From Lytechinus pictus (lineage: Eukaryota), in NCBI RefSeq assembly GCF_037042905.1, contig NC_087251.1:31250001-31314000 (forward strand): DNA of 64,000 bases, written 5' to 3'. The position numbers were made by a program, and so were the translations under genes. Shown here piece by piece: positions 1 through 10,780 of this stretch. Position 1 is the stretch's first letter. Each line of letters begins with the position of its first letter. The notes under the pieces were generated by a model that worked only from the letters and a program-made list of their open reading frames with translations, ran no database searches and was not told where the DNA came from.

Positions 1-154
1 CAATCAGATGTAAGGATTTGTTAGCTTATACTGAAAACAAAGAACTATCACAATTTATCACTTTTCCAGTTTACTTGGAGAATATTTCATGAAACAAATA
101 TTCAGTGATTTTCATCAATTATGAAAAGTTCCCGATATGAATAGATGAACATAC

Positions 155-298
155 CTTCTCAGGGAAGGTGTCAAAGGTCGTCCTGACAGGATCCCTGCAA
201 CCAAACCTAGACGACTTGAAACGTCTGATGATATCTTGAAGAGACGCAGTCACCATGAAGTATTCCTGCTTCAAACGCAACTCCTTACCTTCACAGAC
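155..298 (-). CDS. PYG: Glycogen phosphorylase exon 8 ([48 protein letters not shown]); gene continues beyond the window
   Basis: ttag acceptor, AAG|GTATG donor, 144 nt, [12 protein letters not shown] motif. Confidence 0.96.
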
Positions 299-971
299 CT
301 AACATAAAGGCAAAAAATTACATTTTTTATTTCAAGGGCTACTTTTCACAACTTACTACCCGAATATGCAACACTGGATAAGCTTTCAAATGACAACGAA
401 TTGGGATTTTCCAGGCTCTTTCTTTGGGGGTGAAATGGAACCATGCCCCCGTGTAATTTTTTCACTGCCAGCATAACAAACTCAGCCAATACAATTCAGG
501 CAAAAGCTAAAAAAAAGGCCTTAATATCTCAATACCACCAAACCTGCTTTTAGTAACCACCTGTATAGAAGGATCGCCTGTCTTTAAAGAACACATAGTT
601 GGTTTCCCTTGGATAGATTACCCCATAGAAATATGTATCAAAGGAACTTGCCTATAGAGACCAACTGATCTTTCACTGTAATTTGTTATAAACATCTAAA
701 TCTATCAACTAAAAACAAGTATTAACATACTATATAAATGACATAATTGTGCAATAGATATGTGCAATATATATATCATAAAATTACATTTAAAAATAGA
801 TAAAAAGGCATATTAAAAAGTTAAGATGAAACAAAATGAATTCTCACAATTTTATCAGCTTGTGATTTATAGATCAAGTTTCAAAGGTGATTTTATGTAG
901 GACCATTAAAATTTTCATAGCAAGTTTAGAAAATTGTAAAATTAATGATGATATGAGGATCGGGGGGGGGG

Positions 972-1180
972 GGGGTGTTTCACAAAGAAATCAGTATGAC
1001 TTAGAGTCGCACTTAAATTCCAAGTTGCACATGGTATAAAGGGCATTACCACACTGATCGAATTCATGCTAAGAGAATGCGCGCAACTGCATTTTAATCA
1101 ATAAGGTTGCATGTAACATATTGTGTGCGCATTGGGACTTGAGCATAACTTAAGTCACACTTAACTCTGTGTCACACCCC
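972..1180. mobile_element. MITE with GGGTGTTTCACAAAG-type TIRs (PIF/Harbinger-like)
   Basis: Degenerate TIRs; same family as the interrupted copy at 6794-7984. Confidence 0.6.
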
Positions 1181-1194
1181 ACTGGAAGACTTAC

Positions 1195-1277
1195 ATTGTC
1201 ATTAGGATAGAGTACACGGGTGATGTTTTCTGCTATATTCCTATCAAGTACAGCCTGAACATAGTCACCATCATTGA
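1195..1277 (-). CDS. PYG: Glycogen phosphorylase exon 7 ([28 protein letters not shown])
   Basis: tag acceptor, AAT|GTAAGT donor, 83 nt, [13 protein letters not shown] motif. Confidence 0.97.
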
Positions 1278-2086
1278 CTACACAGAGGATAAAAAGAAAT
1301 GAAAACGAAATCTGAAACCTTCTTAATTTCGTATACAATAAATATAAAACTTAATATATTTTAAACATTACTCCTATGTGTCTGTTAAAGACGATCCTAA
1401 CATATCTTCTAATAAGAACCATCAGCACTTCAAAGAATTCTTCTAGCTTTGCACCCATTTACATTACATGTCTCGAGCATGGCAAATATCAGTATCGGAT
1501 CCAGCCGGATGAGACAATTGGACCACTGTGCACAAACAATATGGCCTGTGAAATTTTATTGTGCCAAACCCTTGCCACTGAATATATTTATTGATAAATA
1601 TTTCTCCAAATGATATTAGAGTGGAGTCAGGATTCTCAACCATATGGATACATGATTGATTGATTACTCAATTTGGTCATAAATTTTCTACATTGAAGGA
1701 TTTCTGATGAGCTGAAACATCTAAATCGTCATTTAGGGCCTCAAATATACACTGTAAGCACAGGCTGCTTTTCAGAGGTCCTGGCTCATTCATATGTAGG
1801 CTATCTGGTTTTTTACTTTGTAACTTCTTGATTGTGTTTTGTTGGAATATAAATTGAAATGAATTAAATCTTCATCATATTCTATTCTAATATAACAAAC
1901 TAAATGTCACAACAGATATATAGAAGCCACAATACTCCTTCAGTGTCAGTTATAATTTGTGTCAACATTGTAGACAGAATAACAACCAATATGAAGGTAA
2001 GAAGTTCTTGCAACTACAAAAAGAGATTCATTGAAAAATATAGTTAGCCTATTGAAATCATGCAATTACTGGACATCAATACTTAC

Positions 2087-2198
2087 AGTAGGCCATATCA
2101 AAGCTATTCTTGGACTTGGCAGACCACAATCTCATGGTATTGACTGTATTGTTCTTGTACCCGGGTGTAGGGCTGTCATATGGCATGGCAAACACAAC
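2087..2198 (-). CDS. PYG: Glycogen phosphorylase exon 6 ([37 protein letters not shown])
   Basis: AAG acceptor, T|GTAAGT donor, 112 nt, [17 protein letters not shown] motif. Confidence 0.97.
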
Positions 2199-2651
2199 CT
2201 TAGGACAAAAGAAAGGCACATGTATGGAAATAAAATTGATTGGATAGATCATCAGGTGCTGCATTATATTCTACAACACATGCTCAAACAATATCTTTCA
2301 AACTAATAGCAAAATTTCTAAAACAAATACTGCAAACACTTCATTAAAATGAGTTGAATAAGACCTTACAAAGAATTTGAAATGATACTCCTCCCCTAAC
2401 ACTCATTTAGCATTCATGGGTGCCTCATTATTTCTGCCAATCAGTAACTAATAAATTTCTAATACCCATCAAAAGCCCAATTTTTCATGTAAAAAAGAAC
2501 ACTTGATCTTGCTATAAAAGAGATTAAGGACAAAATTTAAGGATTAAAACTATGTACTGAAGTGATGGGGAAGTTTCACATGTGTGCCATCACAGATCTT
2601 GTTCGCATTGTATGTTATTCGCATACAGCTCTCCAATATTAGTGAACCTAC

Positions 2652-2783
2652 CTTTGTGTCAACCCATTTGACCTTGCCATTATGCGACTCGGTACGTCCA
2701 TAGAAGTTGACCGGTATGGTGTACTCTGGCCTTGCTTTCTCCCACGGATTACCATATCTCAGCCAGTCATCGGGTTCCTCAAT
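2652..2783 (-). CDS. PYG: Glycogen phosphorylase exon 5 ([21 protein letters not shown]...KWVDTK)
   Basis: AAG acceptor, AAG|GTAGGT donor, 132 nt, [11 protein letters not shown] motif. Confidence 0.97.
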
Positions 2784-2888
2784 CTTCAAACAAGACATTA
2801 GAAGATTAGCATCAGAGGGGGATGTTTCATAAAAGTATATACTTTCACTCACAAATGTCGTTTATAGCACTGTAGCTTATGACACATA

Positions 2889-3818
2889 CCGTATTTTCCG
2901 GTGTATTAACCGCACCTTTTTTCCCGCTTTATAATCTTAAAAAATCGGGTGCGGTTTATACAAAGAAACAACAAAATTTCATCAGAAAACTGACTGTGTT
3001 TCTTCAGTATTTTAGATTATTAAATGACCGAGAATTATTTAGAATATTTAATGTATAATTATATGTTGGTTACTGAAAATAGAGAGTATATTTTGCAGAA
3101 TTTTCTTTTAAAATCTTCTTTGTAAAGGTTGTTTTATATTATTTATTTAATTACTATCAATTTAATAATGTTTTCCTAAAAATAACCTGATCGTTTTGTG
3201 ATGAAAACTTTTTTTTCCAGCTAAAATTGCATGGAAAATGCGCTTCAATAGGCATGTAATCGTAATCGATCGTAATCGTAATCGGTTATTAAAAAAGGCA
3301 ATAAATAATGTCCTTAATTCTTTATTTCTCTCTGTTTTCTCTCAATATTTAAAAAAAAAATCCCCTTTTTATACCATAATTTTGATATTCGAAAATGCCA
3401 TTTTATGGTCTCCTTTTCGTTAAAAAAACCCTGGCTGCCTTGTAATGAAAACTTATTTTTTTACACCTAAAAAATGCATGGAAAATGCTTTACAATAGGC
3501 ATCTAATCGTAATCGATCGTAATCGTAATTGGTTAGAAAACAGGCAATAAATAATGTCCTCTATTCTTCGTTTTTTTTACCTCAGTTTCTCTCAACATTT
3601 TTTTTTCTTTTTCCGTCTTTAGACTATACGTTTGATATACAATACTGCCATTTCATGGTCTTTTTTTTCTTTATTCTACAAAGAAATAGTTTATATTTGA
3701 AAAATAAAGTTAAAGAATAAAGTAACCATTTTTTAAAATACAAAAATTAGTAATATATGTTTTGGTCTTTTAATTAGTTGGTAGTGAAAATACCCCAAAT
3801 GCCAACATCTCAATGTGC

Positions 3819-3855
<37 letters not shown>

Positions 3856-3915
3856 GCTCCCGATTTTGGGGGTGCGGTTAATACACGGCCGCGGTTTATA
3901 TACCGAAAAATACGG
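2889..3915. mobile_element. Non-autonomous Tc1/mariner-superfamily element (Tc2/pogo-like termini)
   Basis: TA|CCGTATTTTCCGGTGTATTAACCGC ... GCGGTTTATATACCGAAAAATACGG|TA. TA TSD and an internal duplication of about 250 bp. Confidence 0.85.
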
Positions 3916-4454
3916 TAGTCGATGAAAATCACTGATATTTATTTCATGAAAGGCTCCCCAGTTGTGGTAGCAAAAGACATAAAAACTGGGTTCCATGACA
4001 TTTGCTCTGGCGACGATTACTCCGGTGAAAAATATGCACGTTAAGCAAAACATAAAATCTAACCTCTAGAACTAAATAAACCCTAAACTTTATCTTCACA
4101 TAATTCTGAACCTAAAACTCTATTACAATCCTAACTCTAACCCTATGCCACCCAAGATATTTAGACCGGAGCAAGTGTCGCAGGAGCAAATCAAATGTCA
4201 TGACACCAAAAACTGACCTTGGGCCCATTGAGGGAAGAGTTGCATTTAAATGCAAGTCAAAGAAATCAAGTGCAAGTCCCGAAAGCAAGTTTTTGAGTGG
4301 TTAAAAATCATGTTGCAACTCTTTCTGGAATGGGCCCCAGAGAATTAAAGTTGTCCAAAGATATTGTCCCTGTTAGAGGAGGGTGGTTGGATTCACTTCA
4401 CACTCGTGACATTTACCCTTACCCCCTTCCTCCACTTTACCGGATTCAGTGCAT

Positions 4455-6138
4455 CCTCCATCTATCTTCAACCCAACCCTCCATCCATCCTCAACCCAAC
4501 CCTCCATCCATCCTCAACCCAACCCTCCATCCATCCTCAACCCAACCCTCCATCCATCCTCAACCCAACCCTCCATCCATCCTCAACCCAACCCTCCATC
4601 CATCCTCAACCCAACCCTCCATCCATCCTCAACCCAACCCTCCATCCATCCTCAACCCAACCCTCCATCCATCCTCAACCCAACCCTCCATCCATCCTCA
4701 ACCCAACCCTCCATCCATCCTCAACCCAACCCTCCATCCATCCTCAACCCAACCCTCCATCCATCTTCAACCCAACCCTCCATCCATCCTCAACCCAACC
4801 CTCCATCCATCCTCAACCCAACCCTCCATCCATCTTCAACCCAACCCTCCATCCATCCTCAACCCAACCCTCCATCCATCCTCAACCCAACCCTCCATCC
4901 ATCCTCAACCCAACCCTCCATCCATCCTCAACCCAACCCTCCATCCATCCTCAACCCAACCCTCCATCCATCCTCAACCCAACCCTCCATCCATCCTCAA
5001 CCCAACCCTCCATCTATCTTCAACCCAACCCTCCATCCATCCTCAACCCAACCCTCCATCCATCCTCAACCCAACCCTCCATCCATCCTCAACCCAACCC
5101 TCCATCCATCCTCAACCCAACCCTCCATCCATCCTCAACCCAACCCTCCATCCATCTTCAACCCAACCCTCCATCCATCCTCAACCCAACCCTCCATCCA
5201 TCCTCAACCCAACCCTCCATCCATCCTCAACCCAACCCTCCATCCATCCTCAACCCAACCCTCCATCCATCCTCAACCCAACCCTCCATCCATCCTCAAC
5301 CCAACCCTCCATCCATCCTCAACCCAACCCTCCATCCATCCTCAACCCAACCCTCCATCCATCCTCAACCCAACCCTCCATCCATCCTCAACCCAACCCT
5401 CCATCCATCCTCAACCCAACCCTCCATCCATCCTCAACCCAACCCTCCATCCATCCTCAACCCAACCCTCCATCCATCCTCAACCCAACCCTCCATCTAT
5501 CTTCAACCCAACCCTCCATCCATCCTCAACCCAACCCTCCATCCATCCTCAACCCAACCCTCCATCCATCCTCAACCCAACCCTCCATCCATCCTCAACC
5601 CAACCCTCCATCCATCCTCAACCCAACCCTCCATCCATCCTCAACCCAACCCTCCATCCATCCTCAACCCAACCCTCCATCTATCTTCAACCCAACCCTC
5701 CATCCATCCTCAACCCAACCCTCCATCCATCCTCAACCCAACCCTCCATCCATCCTCAACCCAACCCTCCATCCATCCTCAACCCAACCCTCCATCCATC
5801 CTCAACCCAACCCTCCATCCATCCTCAACCCAACCCTCCATCCATCCTCAACCCAACCCTCCATCCATCCTCAACCCAACCCTCCATCCATCCTCAACCC
5901 AACCCTCCATCCATCCTCAACCCAACCCTCCATCCATCCTCAACCCAACCCTCCATCCATCCTCAACCCAACCCTCCATCCATCCTCAACCCAACCCTCC
6001 ATCCATCCTCAACCCAACCCTCCATCCATCCTCAACCCAACCCTCCATCTATCTTCAACCCAACCCTCCATCCATCCTCAACCCAACCCTCCATCCATCC
6101 TCAACCCAACCCTCCATCCATCCTCAACCCAACCCTCC
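4455..6138. repeat. 23-bp minisatellite (CCATCCATCCTCAACCCAACCCT)n, about 73 units, in phosphorylase intron 4
   Basis: Strict 23-nt period, no G on the + strand, only two recurrent C>T variant units. Confidence 0.98.
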
Positions 6139-6483
6139 TACCATCATACTGTCCATCTGACACAATTAAAAAAAAATAACTGAACAACTCTTAACATGAA
6201 TGTTAATAAGTTTACAATATATACTGGTAATCAAATACTTAATTCATACTTAGGGTATGAAATAGATTTGCTTTTTGATAAAGTACATCAAAAACTACAA
6301 AGTAATTTCATCTGCCAACTAATGTTTCTGTGACAACAGAAATATACAGTACATGTACAAATGTGCATCCAATCACTTTCACTCAAAGCGAGAAAATCAA
6401 TCATACAAAATATCTGATAGTGATATACATGTAGAGTAGCATCTCTAAAGAATGTATAAAAAATATTAACATTAAAAATTTAC

Positions 6484-6587
6484 CTGGCGGCCATCTTTTA
6501 TTTTCTGAGTGAAGATACCGTAGTCATAGCGTATACCATAACCATAGGCAGCCAAACCAAGTGTTGCCATGGAATCCAAGAAACATG
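6484..6587 (-). CDS. PYG: Glycogen phosphorylase exon 4 ([35 protein letters not shown])
   Basis: tttcag acceptor, CAG|GTA donor, 104 nt, phase-compatible with exon 3. Confidence 0.97.
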
Positions 6588-7030
6588 CTGAAAGAAAAAA
6601 AAAGCATATACTCAAATCATTGGAATACTTTCTCTTTTTTTTTTTAACCATGAAGACAAAAAAATAATATCTAAAGAAGATGGTAATTTGGTATGGACCC
6701 AGAGTAAATTGTACAAATATATTTTTTTACATCAGTAGAGTATTTCATCAATATTTCTGACAACTTGTCAGGCTTTTTTCATGAAACACTCTAGGGGGTG
6801 GTGTTTCACAAAGAGTTATTAAAGTGTGACTAATGGGGTGTTGCAAGAAACTTGCGATCAATAGCAAGTCAATTTTTGGTCCCTAAATCAATCGTATGTC
6901 TTGCAATTCAATTCAATTGCAAATTAGTGATTGATTGATAATTTGCTCCTTGAAACAAGAAGTTTAATCTGATTTGCTACAGCTAAGGTTGACCTATCAG
7001 TTGTAAATTTGCAACTGAATATTTGCAATT

Positions 7031-7781
7031 CTCGCTACCCCAAATAGGAACAAAAATCTCATAATGCGCGAGACGAGATAATTTTCACTCCGTCGGGTCG
7101 TCATCACCACTTCCGGTTCAGAGTCATGCATGCTCGCGCGAGGTTCGCGATACTGAGTTTTCCGCCACGCTGAAATCGATGCCAATCAGCGTAATATGTA
7201 CAGATTATAATACTTTTTATTTAATTTGGTCAGTTTTGATTCCATTTGAATTATAAATAAAATTAGAAAATATATTTCACGTGAAAATAATTTTTATTCA
7301 TGTTTTTATTTGGTAATAAAAAAATAAAACAAAAAATGAATATCTTAAAATTTTGCATTTAGCGACCCGCCTGACATCACGATCGTATTCGACTAGACGC
7401 TAAATATATACACTATGTACAGCATTCATTGCGTTCAATTTTTCGTCGACCACAAAATGGATAAAAAATCAGTTTCGGAACTTAAAAAAATCTTAACTGA
7501 CAGAGGAATACCGTGCAATGGAAAGCGTCGGGCAGAATTAGTGACTTTAGCAGAAAAGGCCGTTAAACTGTATCGTGAAAGAGAGGGTTGTGATCATGAA
7601 CTTTCCAAGCGAAAGCGAAGTTGTGTTGTTGTGGACGACGGCACTGTTGGTCTGAATGGCAAAACAGTGCATTGGACTTCCGAACAGGAAGTTGTAATAC
7701 CGAAAAGCTATCCCATTATGCAATGCGCGTTACAGGGATTTTTTCCCGGATCTCGGCGAAACCGCTATTTGGGGTAGCGAC
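7031..7781 (+). mobile_element. Unclassified 751-bp TIR element with AATT TSD carrying a SAP-domain-like ORF
   Basis: AATT|CTCGCTACCCCAAATAG ... CTATTTGGGGTAGCGAC|AATT, CpG-rich interior. Confidence 0.8.
7457..7777 (+). pseudogene. Truncated element-encoded ORF with an N-terminal SAP-like domain (MDKKSVSELKKILTDRGIPCNGKRRAELVTLA)
   Basis: Fits the SAP pattern V.ELK..L..RG+...G.+.EL+. The stop falls inside the right TIR, suggesting internal deletion. Confidence 0.65.
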
Positions 7782-9865
7782 AATTGATCGCAAATATTTT
7801 CTTGCAACACCCCGTTAGAGTCAGACTATGCAATGCGCAATCAATATGCAGAACTTGTGTGTCCTCTTGGCATGATCTTTTATACCACACGCAACTAGGC
7901 ATTTAAGAGTGACTCATACTTAACTTAAGTGTGACCCATACTTACTTAACTGTAAGTCATACTTAACTCTTTGTGAAATACCCCACAGAACACCTTTTTT
8001 TGGTAACATGGGTCCATTTCTTTTGCCGATAATACACACTTTAAGCTTGTACAATTGTCTTTAAATCAAAATCAGCTTTAATGACTATTACAGATGAAGC
8101 GACTGAAAACTACAGCGGTACTTTATTTTTATACATGCACAATATGTTTTATTATTTTTTTGTTCAACATGTCTGGTGCATGTCATATGTATTTGAAATA
8201 AGAATAATTTAAAAAAATGCATTGAACATTACACAATTTCCCTTAAACAATGTTGATTATGATCTTATTACAATACCACAGCCGATCACTTATGTTTATT
8301 ACCCTACAATATGAAATGCACTGATGTAGTTTACAAAATATTGTTGAAGAATGTAAATCCACTGTAATGTTATTACTGTACATGCACCTTATTCATAATT
8401 ACAGTATCATAATCAAATAACTTTGACATTTCATATTCAAGCAGACTTCATGTACTGTAGTTGAAACTCTCAATTTCTCTCTTAAATTTCTATAAAATAA
8501 TGTACACACAATACAGGTATATATTAAACATGATTTTTTTTTAAACAGAAAATCAGTTATCATCTTGTACTATTTAACAACAAGAAACTCTGTTTCTTTT
8601 TTGTTGTACATGAAAATCCAGCATGAACATAATTTCTCTACAGGGTAGTTGTCAATAAATGGCGAACCCATTTTAATCACTCCTGCAGAAATGGATACAT
8701 GTGTGTGCCAAGACATCATTGACCTTTTCAAGTGAGAAACTTGACCCGACCATGGATCCTGTTTAGCTCACTTCTTAGACTAGTCCAAATGCCAAAATGC
8801 AGTGTTTATATCATTTGACCAACAGACACTTCAAATGTTGATTTTATATTGGAGTAGCAGGAAATAACATCAACTTGTCTTTTCCAAGTGAAATCCCCCC
8901 CCCCCAAGAAAAAAATATTGTGAACTGATTCATATCCAGGTTCCTTACGGCATGGTGAGTGGAGTGGATTCTGGATTGGCATTTTGATCAGTACAGTATA
9001 CACGGGTTTAGCACGTGCATAATGGTGTCATGCCCTTGCCCTTGTCATAATGTCATGTCATAATGCTTAAAAATGTAAACTAGGCCTTAATGGGGAAAAA
9101 ATATCCTGAATGCCCTTATCGAGCAATGGTCCCGATCTTTGTTTAAATTGTAGCTGAAGTTTCAATTAATACATGTAGATAGATAACAAGTGAATATACC
9201 CAAATAAATTCTTTTTTAACATATAAGTAAATGTTTCTTGTAAGAACCAAAAAAAAAAAGGATATACATGGGACATAAAACCTGCTCTTTGCTTTTTCTC
9301 AGGTCATGTATCACCTTCAAACTTTGAAATATCACTCACTCATGTTCATGAGCCTTTGCTTTAATAATAGGAAAGTGACACCAGTTGGAGTGTAAACGGG
9401 GTGATAAGTATACAGGGTGATAAGTATACATGCCTACATAATTGAGACATTTGCAGGCATCGAGCATCAAGTTACTGAAATTAAAGGACCAGCAAACGTT
9501 TGCAGCACAGGAATCTATGTACACTACAGGCTATATAAAATGTATCCAACCTGACATTTAAAAAAATATGCAAAATAATTATATAATTCATTTACACTAC
9601 ACTATGTCATTGAAGCAAAATTCTGTAAATGGAAGAAGGAAGTGAACAGCAAGTCAGTGGAAATATGAGTAAATTATATGTGTAAAAAAAACATTAAAAT
9701 GTCATGAATTTTGAAAATTTGTTAATCAAAACATTTTAGATTTTCTAATAACTAAAAATGGAGTAAGCATATTAGTTATGGCTTAAAGTTAAAGGGGTAC
9801 CCTAGGTTGAAAATAATATGATTTGATCAGATAAAGAAAAATCAGACAAACATTACACTTAAAAT

Positions 9866-10780
9866 TTGATGAACATTGGACAAGGAATAAAGTTTTGAGA
9901 TGTTTTGAACATTTGCATTGAGAGAAGATACATTCATGAATATTTAATGAGCAAATTGATGATGTCATATCCCCACTTTAAGTCCAAGAATTATAAAACT
10001 TGGACTGACAAATGATCGAATGCATTATATATTCATTGCTGCAACTTATTTTATTATAAGGGAGACATAGGCCTATACATTGTAAGTCTCATACACAAAT
10101 AGTATGAAAAAACTTGATGAACATTGGACAAGGAATAACAAAGTTTTTAAGATATTTTGAAGATTTGCATTATTTCGGTGAAACAATGAGATACATGTAC
10201 ATTCCTAAATATTTAATGAGCAAATGGATGATGTCATATCCCCACTATGGCCTGAATTCACAAAGGTGGTTTTGAAAACCAACGGTTGAGTCCATGGTTT
10301 ATGCAGATTTCCTGTATAAATTACGCTTAATTTAGCGCGTATCGGGCGCGTGTATAAAAATGTCAAATTCTGATGCGTGCTTTTGTCAGTGCGCCAAATT
10401 GACGCCTGTTACCATGGTTAGGTACGCTATTTTATTCATGAGTCCACTGTAAAAGAGTGAACTCATGAATAAAATAGCGTATCTAACCATGGTAACAGGC
10501 GTCAATTTGGCGCACTGTGACAAAAGCGCGCATCAGAATTTGACATTTTTATACACGCGCCAGATACGCGCTAAATTAAGCGCAATTTATACAGGAAATC
10601 TGCATAAACCATGGACTCAACCGTGGGTTTTCAAAACCACCTTTGTGAATTCGAGCCTTTAAGTCCAAGAATGATAAAACTTGGATTGACAAATGATCGA
10701 ATGCATATAGATATTCATTGCTGCAACTTATTTCATTATAAGGGAAACATATATGTCTCATACACAAATAGTATGAAAAT
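9866..10780. repeat. Tandem duplication of about 250 bp inside a TTAAAGG-type MITE; second copy interrupted by a foldback element
   Basis: TGATGAACATTGGACAAGGAATAA at about 9867 and 10115. Colinear similarity resumes at 10658. Confidence 0.85.
10249..10657. mobile_element. 409-bp foldback MITE (arms of about 200 bp, 7-nt loop), 3-bp TSD, PIF/Harbinger-like
   Basis: GGCCTGAATTCACAAAGGTGG...CCACCTTTGTGAATTCGAGCC. Flanks TAT/TTT versus a single TTT in the empty paralogous site (about 9977). Confidence 0.92.

Larger units (their letters stand above)
6835..7813. mobile_element. GGGGTGTTGCAAGAAA MITE, middle layer of the nest
   Basis: 16-bp perfect TIR GGGGTGTTGCAAGAAA / TTTCTTGCAACACCCC, extended by TTGCGATCAAT / ATTGATCGCAA. 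Confidence 0.8.
6794..7984. mobile_element. GGTGTTTCACAAAGAG MITE, outermost host of a triple nest
   Basis: TIRs GGTGTTTCACAAAGAGTTA / TAACTCTTTGTGAAATACC. Interrupted at about 6835-7813 relative to the copy at 972-1180. Confidence 0.7.

Noticed and set aside
4297..6183. Three 576-628 aa Pro/Ser/His-rich ORFs
   Set aside because: They are artefacts of a G-free, stop-free 23-bp minisatellite open in all three frames, antisense within an intron.
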